From Malacoraja senta (lineage: Eukaryota), in the NCBI GenBank assembly GCA_038087875.1, contig CM075994.1, forward strand, positions 10,604,001 through 10,668,000: a DNA stretch of 64,000 nucleotides. The letters are read 5' to 3'. The notes beneath the pieces are model-generated. The model had not been told where the DNA came from. It searched no databases and was given only the letters and a program-made list of their open reading frames with translations. This document shows, in pieces, positions 36,510 through 49,025 of the stretch (within the stretch, counting starts at the first letter, position 1; every line of letters begins with the position of its first letter). Position numbers and translations under genes: made by a program.

Positions 36510-36850
36510 CTGCGAAGACAGAAAATAAAAATGTGTCATGAATCAACCTTATGTCATCTTGCAAAGCAACAGTTGTACAGGGCAAATTGAGAAGACGTTT
36601 CCCAGGGAATACCAGAGCATCGCACACAAAACTTAAACATTTCACACATAAATAAAAACAATCCAGTCCCTGATAAAAACAGTAGGAATAGTAAAACATA
36701 GAAACATAGAAAATAGGTGCAGGAGTAGGCCATTCGGCCTTCGAGCCTGCACCGCCATTCAATATGATCATGGCTGATCATCCAACTCAGTATCCTGTAC
36801 CTGCCTTCTCTCCATACCCCTGATCCCTTTAACCACAAGGGCCACATCTA

Positions 36851-38450
36851 CAGTGGCTTGCAAAAGTATTCATACCCCTTGAACTTTTCCACATTTTGTC
36901 ACATTACAACCACAAACGTAAATGTATTTTTATTGGGATTTTATGTGATAGACCAACACAAAGTGGTGCATAATTGTGAAGTGGAAGGAAAATGATACAT
37001 GGTTTTCAAATTTTTTTACAAATAAAAACTGAAAAGTGTGGCGTGCAAAAGTATTCAGCCCCCTGAGTCAATACTTTGTAGAACCACCTTTCGCTGCAAT
37101 TACAGCTGCAAGTCTTTTGGGGTATGTCTCTACCAGCTTTGCACATCTAGAGACTGAAATTTTTGCCCATTCTTCTTTGCAAAATAGCTCAAGCTCAGTC
37201 AGATTGGATGGAGAGCGTCTGTGAACAGCAATTTTCGTCTTGCCAGAGATTCTCAATTGGATTTAGGTCTGGACTTTGACTGGGCCATTCTAACACATGA
37301 ATATGCTTTGATCTAAACCATTCCATTGTAGCTCTGGCTGTATTTTAGGGTCGTTGTCCTGCTGGAAGGTGAACCTCCGCCCCAGTCTCAAGTCTTTTGC
37401 AGACTCTAACAGGTTTTCTTCCAACATTGCCCTGTATTTGGCTCCATCCATCTTCCCATCAACTCTGACCAGCTTCCCTGTCCCTGCTGAAGAAAAGCAT
37501 CCCCACAGCATGATGCTGCCACCACCATGTTTCACAGTGGGGATGGTGTGTTCAGGGTGATGTGCAGTGTTAGGTTTCCGCCACACATAGCGTTTTGCAT
37601 TTAGGCCAAAAACTTCAATTTTGGTCTCATCTGACCAGAGCACCTTCCTCCACATGTTTGCTGTGTCCCCCACATGGCTTGTGGCAAACTGCAAACGGGA
37701 CTTCTTATGGCTTTTTTTCAACAATGGCTTTCTTCTTGCCACTCTTCCATAAAGGCCCGATTTGTGGAGTGCACGACTAATAGTTGTCCTGTGGACAGAT
37801 TCTCCCACCTGAGCTGTGGATCTCTGCAGCTCTCCATAGTTACATGGGCCTCTAGGCTGCTTCTCTGATCAATGCTCTCCTTGCCCGGCCTGTCAGTTTA
37901 GGTGGACGGCCATGTCTTGGTAGGTTTGGAGTTGTGCCATACTCTTTCCATTTTCGGATGATGGATTGAACGTGAGATGTTCAAAGCTTGGGATATTTTT
38001 TTATAACCTAACCTGCTTTAAACTTCTCCACAACTTTATCCCTGACCTGTCTGGTGTGTTCCTTGGGCTTCATGATGCTGTTTGTTCACTAATGTTCTCT
38101 AACAAACCTCTGAGGCCTTCACAGAACAGCTGTATTTATACTGAGATTAGATTACACACAAGTGGACTCTATTTACTAATTAGGCGACTTCTGAAGGCAA
38201 TTGGTTGCACTGGATTTTATTTAGGGGTATCAGAGTAAAGGGGCTGAATACTTTTGCACGCGACACTTTTCAGTTTTTTATTTGTAAAAATATTTGAAAA
38301 CCATGTATCATTTTCCTTCCACTTCACAATTATGCTCCACTTTGTGTTGGTCTATCACATAAAATCCCAATAAAATACATTTACGTTTGTGGTTGTAACG
38401 TGACAAAATGTGGAACAGTTCAAGGGGTATGAATACTTTGCAAGCCACTG
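36851..38450 (-). mobile_element. Passport-like Tc1 DNA transposon, 1.6 kb, frameshifted transposase (about 37068-38073)
   Basis: About 210-bp TIRs starting CAGTGGCTTGCAAA, TA on both sides, inserted in a CR1 tail; MKPKEHTRQVRDKVVEKF, WSDETK, QQDNDPK, AAKGGSTKY. Confidence 0.95.
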
Positions 38451-39379
38451 TAACTCCCTCTTAAATATAACCTATGAACTGGCCTCAACTACCTTCTGTT
38501 GGCAAAGAATTCCACAGATTCACCACTCTCTGTGATCTATTGTCTATTGAATGGGTGACGTTTCATAGAAACATAGAAAATAGGTGCAGTAGGAGGCCAT
38601 TCGGCCCATTCGGCCCTGGCTCGAATGGCCTCCTACTGCACCTATTTTCTTATGTTTCTATGAAACGTCACCCATTCAATAGACAATAGGTGCAGGAGTA
38701 GGCCCTTCGAGCCAGCACCACCATTCAATGTGATCATGGCTGATCATTCCCACTCAGTACCCCGTTCCTGCCTTCTCCCCATATCCCCTGATTCCACTAG
38801 CCCCTAGAGCTCTATCTAACTCTCTCTTAAATCCATTAAATTAGAGCTAGATAGGGCTCTTAAAGATTCGGAGTCAGGGAATATGGGGAGGAGGCAGGAA
38901 CGGGGTACTGATTGGGGATGATCAGCCATGATCACATTGAATGGCGGTGCTGGCTCGAAGGGCCGAATGGCCAACTCCTGCACCTATCGTCTATTGCCCA
39001 CTATTATCATTGATAAAACGTTCACACTAGCTTCACGTGATCCCACTTTCATATCACAAGTCATAGGAGTAGATTCAGACCATTCAGTTCATCAAGTCTA
39101 CTCCACCATTCGACCACGGCTGATGTACCTTTCCCTCTCAACCACATTCTCCTGCCTTCTCCCCATAACCCTCAACAGCCTTACCAACCACGCATTTGAC
39201 AATCTCCCCTACACACCCTACCCTATCCACTCCCTTCACGCATTTAAAGATGCCAATTGACCGACAAACCCGCATTTCTTTAGGATGCGGGAGGAAAGCG
39301 GTGTTCTTGGAGGAAAGGTGCACAAGTTTAATTCCCGGGATGGCGGGACTGTCATATGCTGAGAGAATGCAGCCGCTCG

Positions 39380-39878
39380 ACTCATACCCACACCAAATCC
39401 TGGCACCCACATCACCCCAGTTCTCAAAGAACTCCACTGGCTTCCCATTTCCCACCGATCATCTACAAAATCCTGGTCCTCACCTACAAAGCCCTCAACA
39501 ACTTGGCCCCCCCTTATCTCACTGACCTCCTCTCCCCTACCAACCCTCACGGTCCCTCAGATCCACATCAGCTGGTCTCCTCTCCACTCCGAAATCAAAC
39601 CTCTGCACTTTTGGAGGCAGAGCCTTCTCCAGGGCAGCTCCCAGGCTCTGGAATTCCCTCCCACAACTGGTCCGAAATTCTCTAGTCCCTCACCATCTTC
39701 CAGTCCCGCCTCAAGACCCATCTCTTCACCTCTGCATACCCGTAGTCCCATGTTCCCCTCCCCTTTGCATCTCTGTCTTACTGCTCTATTTTGTTTTGTT
39801 TATTCTTGACTCTCAATGTAAAGCGACTTTGAGTCCTGAAAAGCGCTATATAAATAAAATCTATTATTATTATTATAA
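39380..39878 (+). mobile_element. L2-clade LINE 3' fragment
   Basis: HITPVLKELHWLP / YKILVLTYKALNNLAPPYLTDLL; AGCGCTATATAAAT plus (ATT)n tail. Confidence 0.8.
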
Positions 39879-40849
39879 TATATTGAAACATATAAGATTA
39901 TTAAGCGTTTGGACACGCTAGAGCAGGAAACATGTGCCCGATGTTGGGGGAGTCCAGAACCAGGGGCCACAATTTAAGATATACTCGCTAGAATTTAGGA
40001 GATTGAGAGGGATCTTATAGAAACTTACAAAATTCTTATGGGGTTGGACAGGCTAGATGGAGGAAGATTGTTCCCGATGTTGGGAAGTCCAGGACAAGGG
40101 GTCACAGCTTAAGGATAAGGGGGAAATCCTTTAAGACCGAGATGAGAAAAAACGTTTTCACACAGAGAGTGGTGAATCTCTGGAACTCTCTGCCACAGAG
40201 GGTAGTTGAGGCCAGTTCATTGGCTATATTTAAGAGGGAGTTAGATGTGGCCCTTGTGGCTAAAGGGATCAGGGGGTATGGAGAGAAGGCAGGTACGGGA
40301 TACTGAGTTGGATGATCAGCCATGATCATATTGAATGGCGGTGCAGGCTCGAAGGGCCGAATGGCCTACTCCTGCACCTATTTTCTATGTATCTATGTAT
40401 CTAATAAGGGGTAAGCCATCTAAAACAGAGATGAGGAAACACTTTATCACCCAGTCTGTGGAATTCTCTGCCTCAGAGGCAGTGGAGGCCAGTTCTCTGG
40501 ATACTTTCAAGAGAGAGCTAGACAGGGCTCTTAAAGATAGGGGATATGGGGAGAAGGCAAGAACGGGGTGCTGATTGGTGGATGATCAGCCATGATCACA
40601 TTGAATGGGGGTGCTGGCTCGAAGGGCCGAATGACCTACTCCTGCACCTATTGTGTATAGAAACCCACGAAGTTCCAGGGACAGCGCGCAGAAGGTCAGT
40701 ATTCAACCTGGGCCTCTGGCGCCGTGAGGCAGCATCTCTACCTGCTTCTTGGGAGCAGGGGAGTTACATCCTCACACTGGGAGTGCACTGTCACTAGCTA
40801 TTCACCATAAGAGATTCTCCACTCCCCACCCTTATGATCTCCCACGGTT

Positions 40850-41147
40850 TTGGGGATCATCACCGGCTCTGACTTCCCACCATCAAAGGGATTTATCGGA
40901 GTCGCTGCCTCAAAAAGGCAGCCAACATCATCAGAGACCCACACCATCCTGGCCACGCAACTCATTTCACCATTGCCATCTGGAAGAAGGTACAGGAGCC
41001 TAAAAATTGTAACGTCCCAGTTCAGGAACAGCTACTTCCCCACAGCCATCAGGCTATTAAACACGACATATAAGCCCTGAACCACAATGGATTACCATTA
41101 TTATTATTGCACTATTATTGTGTTTTTTGAGAATGTGTATGTGTATA
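40850..41147 (+). mobile_element. Rex1/Babar 3' fragment; its 3' UTR resumes at 46464-46648
   Basis: [11 protein letters not shown]...FPTAIRLLN; tail continues after the Helitron-like block. Confidence 0.8.
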
Positions 41148-44100
41148 TCTATCTTCTATCTATCTATCTATCTATCTATCTATTATCCCTCCACCCTCCC
41201 TCTCCCCCTCCCTCTCTCCCTCTCACCCCCCTACTCCTCTCCCCCTTCCCCTCATCCCCTCTCTCTCACCTCTAACATCCACTCCCCCCCTCTCACCCCT
41301 TCCTGCCCTCCCCGCTCTCCTCCCACTCCCCCTCCCTCTCCCCCACCCTACTCTCTTCTCCCTCACCAATCTCTCCCCTTTCCTCCTCCTCCTCTCCCCT
41401 CCCTCCCCCACTCCCCTTCCTGCCCTCCCCGTGGTAGGAGAGCAGGGAGGGCAGGAAGGGGGGAGAGGGGGGGAGGGGATGTTAGAGGTGAGAGAGGGGA
41501 TGAGGGGAAGGGGAGAGGAGTAGGGGGGAGAGAGGGAGAGAGGGAGGGTGGAGGGAGACAGGTGGGGGAGGGAGAGGGGAAGAGTGGGGAGTGAGGGGCA
41601 GAGGGGTAGCGGGGAGTGGTGCAAGAGAGAGGGGGGAGGGGGGTGGGGGGGAGATGGGGGTGAAGAGGGGTGGTGGAGGGGGGAAGAGAGGGGGTGGGAG
41701 GGGAGGGAGGGGGAGAGGAGAGAGGGGGAAGAGTGGGGAGGGAGAGTTGAAGTAGGAGGGGTAGGGACAGTCCATCTGTTCCCCATTCCCTATCACTCCC
41801 AATCCTCTTTCTCTTATCCCTTCTTTTATCCCATCTCCACCCTATCAACTGATGATAGCCCTCACCTCTCAGGTGCGTTTCGAGGGGTTGGGGGAAGAGA
41901 GAGAAAATGTAATGTTAGAAAAAAAATTGTGAGGAAGGGGGGGGAGAGGAAGGGGTGAGGAGGGGGGAGAGAGGAGAGGGGGTGCAGAGAGGAAGGAGAG
42001 GATGGGGGAGAGAGGTGAAGGGGGGTGTTGGAGTGGGGCGTGCATGAGTCGATCCGCGGGCTGTGAAGAGAGAAGGGCAGAGAGAGAGAGATAGAGAGAG
42101 AGGGGGAGAGACAGAGAGACTTGTATACAAATAAAAGCTGGAGAAAACACAGCGTGTGCAGCATCATCTATGGAGCGAAGGAAATAGGCAATGCTTTTGG
42201 CCGAAGCCCATCTTCAGACGTTTTTTTTTTTTAAATGTTGCCTATTTCCTTCGATCCATAGAAGCTGCTGCACCCGCTGAGGTTATACATTTTTGTTTTG
42301 TGTACCTTCGATTTTCCAGCATTCTGCAGTTCCTTCTTAAAGACATAGAGACTGTTGACGGGCTGTTTTTTCCAACGCGCGTTTGCGGGAGGGTGGTGGT
42401 CTGCGGCATCATACACACTAACCACCCCCCAAACACTCGGGGGGAGGGGGGGGAGAGGAAGACGGGGTGGGGAGAGAAGAGGGGAGAGGGAGACGGAGGG
42501 TGGGGAGAGAAGAGGAGAGGGGGAGGGAGGGGAGAGGGGGAGGAGGAAAGGGGAGGAGATTGGTGAGGGAGAAGAGAGCAGGTGGGGAGAGGGAGGGGGA
42601 TCAGAGTGGGGAGTGGGAGAGCGGGAGCGGGGAGGGAGGAAGGGGTGAGAGGGGGGGGAGTGGATCTCTCCCTTTCTCCTCCCCCTCTCCCCTCCCTCCC
42701 CCTCTCCTCTTCTCTCCCCACCCCGTTCTTTCCTCTCCCCCCTCCACCCGCCTGTGTTTGGGGGGTGGTTAGTGTGAGTGTGATGCCGCAGCCCCACCCC
42801 CCCCCAAACGCGCGTTGGGGAAACAGCCCGCCAACAGTCTTTATGTCTTTAAGACGGGAACTGCAGATGCCGGAGAAAATCGAAGGTACACAAAAAAAAA
42901 AAATGTATTTCCTCAGCGGATGCAGATCAGCATCGATGGAGCGAAGGAAATATGCACGCTTTGGGCCGAAGCCCATCCTCAGACGGGTTTTCTTCTACCG
43001 AAACGTATTTTTTTGTGTACCAGTCCTCTGTCTCTCCTCCCTCTCTCTCTCTCTCCTCTGCCTTCTCTCTTCACGAGCCCGCTCCAACCCCCCCCCTTCA
43101 ACCTCTCTCACCCCCAATCCTCTCTTTCCTCTCTCCACCCCTCTCCTCTCCACCCTCCTCCTCCTCCCTCTTCAACTTTTTTCTTTCTAAAATTAAAATT
43201 TCCCTCTGCCCCAACCCCTCTAGACGCATCTGAGAGGTGAGGCTATTCGTCAGTGGATAGGGGTGGAGGTGGATAAAAGAAGCATATTAAAAACTTAAAA
43301 TAATATCAAGGGGTGTGATGAGTGTGTGTGTTTGTGGGTGCCGGATTCCGTGCTTTGGAGGAAAGGGGGTGATTAGTGTGACGCCACAGCCTCCCCCACC
43401 TCCCCGCAAACGCACGTTTGGTGTACAGACCCAACTGGTCTGCACTTGGCCTAGTTATTATATAAAACTCTGTGGCTGCCATCCGTCCGTCGCCTGCTTG
43501 ACTAAAAAAAACAGCTCTCAGCCATAGAATGTTAGTGAAGGTTCCGTTGTGTGAAGTCACAATGCCAATGCTCACAGATGTCCAATCGGAATGGATCCAT
43601 TTACATATGCCTTTGCAGCAGCCCCAGCCCCTCCCCCGCACCCTGTGTCGAAGGGCGTCGTCACGTGTGTGGGAATAGAGAAAGAGGATTGGGGTTGATA
43701 GGGAATGGGGAACAGATGGACTGTCCTACCCCTCCTACTTCCACTCTCCCTCCCCACTATTTCCCCTCTCTCACCCCACCGCTCTCCCCCTCCTCAACAC
43801 TCTTCCCCCTCTCCCCTACCCATCTCCCTCCTCCCCTCCCTCCCCCTCCCCCACCCTCTTCACCTCCATCTCCACACCCATCCCCTTCCCCTCTCTCTTG
43901 CAGCACTCCCTGCTACCCCTCTCCCCCTCACTCCCCACTCTTTCGATCTCCCTCCCCCCTCCCTCACTCTCCCCCTCTCTTCCACCTACTCCTCTCTCCC
44001 CTTCCCTCATCCCCTCTCTCCACCTCTAACATCCCCTCCCCCCTCTCACCCCCCTACCACTCTCCCCCTTCCTGCCCTCCCCGCTCTCCTCCCACTCCCC

Positions 44101-44591
44101 ACTCTCCACCCCCAACCTCTCCCCCACCCTGCTCTCCTCTCCCTCCCCAATCTCTCCCCTTTCCTCCTCCCCCTCTCCCCTCCCTCCCCTCTTCTCTCCC
44201 CACCCCGTCTCCCTCTCCCCCCCTCTCCCCACCCCGTCTCCCTCTCCCCCCCTCCCCCCGCCTGTGTGTTTGGGGGGTGGTTAGTGTGAGTGTGATGCCG
44301 CAGCCCCCCCCCCCCTCAAACGCGCGTTGGGGAAACAGCCCGCCAACAGTCTCTCTGTCTTTAAGAAGGAACTGCAGATGCTGGAAAATCAAAGGTACAC
44401 AAAAAAATGCTGTAGAAACTCAGCGGATGCAGCAGCATCTATGGATCAAAGGAAATAGACAATGTTTCGGGACGAAACACGTCTGAAGATGGGTTTCGGC
44501 CAGAACCGTTGCCTATTTTCCTTCGCTCAATAGATGCTGCTGCACCTGCTGTTTCTCCAGCTTTTTTCTGTGTACCAGTCTCTCTGCCTCT

Positions 44592-44625
<34 letters not shown>

Positions 44626-46463
44626 CTTCTCTCTTCACAGCCCGCAGCTCGACATGCACACCCGCTCCAAACCCCCCCCCCCTCACCTCTCTCCCCCATC
44701 CTCTCCTTCCTCTCTCACATGCTCCTCTGTCCCCCTTCCTCCTCAAATTTTTTTTCTAACATTAAATTTTCTCTCTCTGCCCCACCCCTCTAGACGCACC
44801 TGAGAGGTGAGGGCTATTCGTCAGTGGATAGGGTGGAGATGGGATAAAAGAAGCAAATAAAAAAAATTAAGATAATATCAAGGGGGTGTGATGAGTGTGT
44901 GTGTTTGTGGGTGCCAGATTCCGTGCTTTGAGGAAAGGGGTGGTTAGTGTGACGCCACAGCCCCTCCCCCCCCCGCCGCAAACGCACGTTCGGTGTCCAG
45001 ACCCAACGGGTCTGCACTTGGTCTAGTAATATATAAAACTCTGTGCTGCCAACCGTCCGGCTGCCTGACTTGTGTCNNNNNNNNNNNNNNNNNNNNNNNN
45101 NNNNNNNNNNNNNNNNNNNNNNNNNNNNNNNNNNNNNNNNNNNNNNNNNNNNNNNNNNNNNNNNNNNNNNNNNNNNNNNNNNNNNNNNNNNNNNNNNNNN
45201 NNNNNNNNNNNNNNNNNNNNNNNNNNNNNNNNNNNNNNNNNNNNNNNNNNNNNNNNNNNNNNNNNNNNNNNNNNNNCACTCCCTGCTACCCCCTCTCCCC
45301 CTCCCCACTCTTCCTTGTCTCTCCCTCCCCCCACCTCTCCCTCCCCCTCCCTCTCTTCCCCTACTCCTCACTCCCCTTCCCCTCATCCCCTCTCTCCACC
45401 TCTAAATCCCCTCCCCCACTCTCCCACCTATCCTACCCCTCTCACCCTTCCTGCCCTCCCTGCTCTCCTCCCACTCCCCACTCTCCTCCCCCTCCCTCTC
45501 CCCACTCTCCTCCCCCCACCCTGCTCTCCTCTCCCTCCCCAATCTCTCCCCTTTCCTCCTCCCCCTCTCCCCTCCATCCCCCTCTCCCCTCCCTCCCCTC
45601 TTCTCTCCCCACCCCGTCTCCCTCTCCCCCCCTCCCCTCTTCTCTCCCCACCCCGTCTCCCTCCCCCCCCGCCTGTGTGTTTGGGGGGTGGTTAGTGTGA
45701 GTGTGATGCCGCAGCCCCCACCCTCCCCCGCAAACGCGCGTTGGGGAAACAGCCCGCCAACAGTCTCTCTGTCTTTAAGAAGGAACTGCAGATGCTGGAA
45801 AATCGAAGGTACACACAAAAAAAATGGAAAAACTCATAGAATGCAGCAGCATCTATGGATCGGAGTAAATAGGCAACGTTTTGAAACGAAACACTTCTAA
45901 AGATGTGTTTCGGGCCAAAGCGTTGCCTATTTCCTTCGCTCCATAGATGCTGCTGCACCCGCTGAGTTTCTCCAGCTTTTTTTTGTGTACCAGTCTCTAT
46001 GTCTCTCCCCTCTGTCTTTCTCTCTCTCTCTCTCTCTCTGCCCTTCTCTCTTCACAGCCTCGACATGCACGCCCGCTCCAAACCCCCCCTTCACTCTCTC
46101 CCCCATCCTCTCCTTCCTCTCTCCACCTCCTCCTCTCTCCCACCCTTCCTCTCCCCCTTCCTCTCCACCCTCCTCCTCTTCAAATTTTTTTTTTCCTAAC
46201 ATTAAATTTTCTCTCTCTGCCCCCCCCCCTCTAGATGCACCTGAGAGGTGAGGGCTATTCGTCAGTGGATAGGGTGGAGATGGGATAAAAGAAGCCAATT
46301 AAATAATTAAGATAATATCAAGGGGTGTGATGAGTGTGTGTGTTTGTGGGTGCCAGATTCCAACCCCGCAACGGTGCTTTGGAGGAACAGTGTGACGCCA
46401 CAGCCCCCCCCACCGCAAACGCACGTTCGGTGTCCAGACCCAACGGGTCTGCACTTGGTCTAG
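41148..46463 (+). mobile_element. Tandem or compound non-autonomous Helitron-like block with polypurine/polypyrimidine tracts and Penelope-tail pieces
   Basis: Three repeated ends CAGACCC-AAC-GGGTCTG hairpin plus CTAG (43451, 45023, 46460), each followed by T; block begins A|TC at about 41147/41148; no target duplication seen. Confidence 0.62.
45077..45276. other. Assembly gap (200 N)
   Basis: Run of N. Confidence 1.
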
Positions 46464-46648
46464 TATATATATATATAAATGTATATGTGTGTGTGTACTT
46501 GTGAGTATGTGTATATATACACACTGAACTTTTTTTCTCTCTCTGTCATTTATCATATCATACTATGTTTACATATTCTGTTGTGCTGCAGCAAGTAAGA
46601 ATTTCATTGTTCTATCTGGGACATATGACAATAAAACACTCTTGACTC

Positions 46649-47020
46649 GCTCACCACTTCAACTCCCCCTCTCATTCCGAATCTGACCTTTCTGTCCCGG
46701 GCCTCCACCATGGCCAGAGTGAGTCCCACCGTAAATTGGAGGAGCAGCACCTCATATTTCGCTTGGGTAGTTTACACCCCAGCGGTATGTACATTGACTT
46801 CTCCAATTTCAGGTTAGTCCTTGCTTTCTCCCTCCTTCCCTCCCCTTCCCTGCTCTCCCACAGCCCACTGTCTCTGCCTCTTCCTTTCTTCTTCCTGCCC
46901 CTCCCCCTCCCCCACCCCCACATCAGTCTGAAGAAGGGTCTCGACCCGAAACTTCACCTATTCCTTCGCACCATAGATGCTGCCTCACCCGCTGAGTTTC
47001 TCCAGCATTTTTGTCTACCT
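46649..47020 (+). mobile_element. Penelope 3' fragment with hammerhead-like motif at 46928-46955
   Basis: [21 protein letters not shown]. Confidence 0.85.
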
Positions 47021-47439
47021 TGACTCTTGACTAAGTGATTTGTTCTGGAGGAGTCAGAAGCCACATCTCCCTAACATCCCCTCTCAACACCCGCCATCTG
47101 TGGATTATTTGGAAGAATGGTAAGTCGTTTGCAAACCTTGACACTCAGTGTGGCATTTTACCAACTACCCCTCACCCGATTCCCAATCCTTTGTTGCTCT
47201 GGCATATTTCCCCTGATCAAAATACCACATTCTCTCTGATTCCCATTAGCGACCGTTCCAATCAATGAAGATGAAGCAAGACCACACACAAACCCTACTT
47301 CCTAAACAGACAGACCAGTGTCAGAGGCTTCAGCCAATGTACTAACAGTTTGTGCAGAAACTACCACTGGGGAGGAGTTTTACTTCAATTATTTTCAGAG
47401 CAGTCTCTGGCAGTTTGAGAGGTGGGGAGGGGGTTTGAG

Positions 47440-48520
47440 GGACCAATGTGGACCCCAGAGGGTGGGGTGGAAGGCAACATGGTCTCCCAGGGGTAGGGTG
47501 TGAGGGAGCATCATGCACCCTCAAGGGGGTGGGGAGGCCACATGCACCCCTAGAGGTGGGGGGCGGGGGGGGGAGTAGAGTGTGTGGATCCCAGAGGATG
47601 GGGAAAGATGCAATGAGAAACCTCAGTGAGGGGGTGGGGGAAGTAACGTGGAACCCCGTGGGTGGGTGGGGGGGGGAGAGCAACATGGACCCCTGGGGGT
47701 GGGGGGAGCAACGTGGACCCCCGGGGGTGGGGAGGAAACATGGACCACCGAGGATGGGGAGGAGCAACATAGAACCCCTCTTGATGGGGGTGGCAACGTG
47801 GACCCCTGGGGGTGGGGAGGAAACATGGACCCCCGTGGGTGGGAAGCAATGTGGACCACCATGGGTGGGGCAGGGGAGCATCATACAATCCCTCTTGATG
47901 GGGGGAGCAACGTGGACCCCTGGGTGTGGGGGGAAAGTGGACCCCCGTGGGTGGGGGGAAACGTGGACCCCCGGTGGGGGAGCAACATAAAACCCCCTGG
48001 GGGTGGGGGGAGAAACATACAACCAGTGGAGGTGGGGGGAGCAACATACCAGTGGGGGTGGGGGGAGCAACATACACCCCTGGGGGTGGGGGGAGCAACA
48101 TACAACCAGTGGGGGTGGGGGGAGCAACATACAACCAGTGGGGGTGGGGGGAGCAACATACAACCAGTGAGGGTGGGGGGAGCAACATACAACCAGTGGG
48201 GGTGGGGGGAGCAACATACCAGTGGGGGTGGGGGGAGAAACATACCAGTGGGGGTGGGGGGAGCAACATACAACCAGTGGGTACACAAAAATGCTGGAGA
48301 AACTCAGCGGGTGCAGCAGCATCTATGGAGCGAAGGAAATAGGCAACGTTTCGGGCCGAAACCCTTCTTCAGACAACCAGTGGGGGAGCAACATACAACC
48401 AGTGTGGGTGGGGGGAGCAACATACAACCCCTGGGGGTGGGGGGAGCAACATACAACCAGTGGGGGTGGGGGGAGCAAGATATCAGTGGGGGTGGGGGGA
48501 GCAACATACAACCCCTGGAA
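47440..48520 (+). repeat. G-rich minisatellite, about 30-bp unit (GGGGGAGCAACATACAACCAGTGGGGGTG)
   Basis: Visible tandem units, more degenerate towards the 5' side. Confidence 0.9.
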
Positions 48521-48936
48521 GGTCAATGATAAACGAGGATAAGAGGTGGGGAGAAGAGGACTGAGCCCTTGGCCTGTCCATGGAGTTAGGAGGAGGCCAC
48601 AACTCGGCCCCGTCAGTGCAGGAAGGAACTACAGAGGCAGGTTTACACCACAGATGGCACAACATGCTGGAGTGTCTCAGCGGGACAGGCAGGTCTCCTT
48701 CCTCCCACCCGGAGATGCTGCTGCCTTGCCTTGCCTGTCCCGCCGAGTTACTCCAGCATCAAGCGTCTCCCCTCCACCAGGCCTAGTTCCAGTTGCATCC
48801 GCAGCCCAAAGGCTCCAGGCCCGGCCCGGCAACCAACACGCTGCCCGGGGACTTCTCCCCCTCCCCCCTCCCCCCTCCCCCTCCCCCTCCTCCACGGTTC
48901 CCAGCCCGGCCCTCACCGTCAGCCTCAGCCACTCAC

Positions 48937-49025
48937 CTGCCCTCCCGACCGGTAACTCCAGCAACAGGCCCGGGGCGGGTCGGGGCGTCAACGCGGGACG
49001 CGGCGGCGGCGGCGGCGGCGGCCAT
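48937..49025 (-). other. Candidate first exon in a CpG-rich island (AAGATGGCC(GCC)6GCG...; could encode MAAAAAAAASRVDAPTRPGPVAGVTGREG), possibly of the FAM111-like gene
   Basis: CpG-rich, GCC repeat, consensus donor CAG|GTGAGT at 48937/48936, same strand as and upstream of the FAM111 exon. Phase 2 does not join the phase-0 FAM111 acceptor directly. Confidence 0.5.

Noticed and set aside
47100..47130. Plus-strand donor-like GAATG|GTAAGT
   Set aside because: No convincing acceptor, reading frame or partner exon found
41118..48542. Many long Pro/Ser/Gly-rich ORFs
   Set aside because: They arise from low-complexity and tandem repeats lacking stop codons, and some cross the N gap
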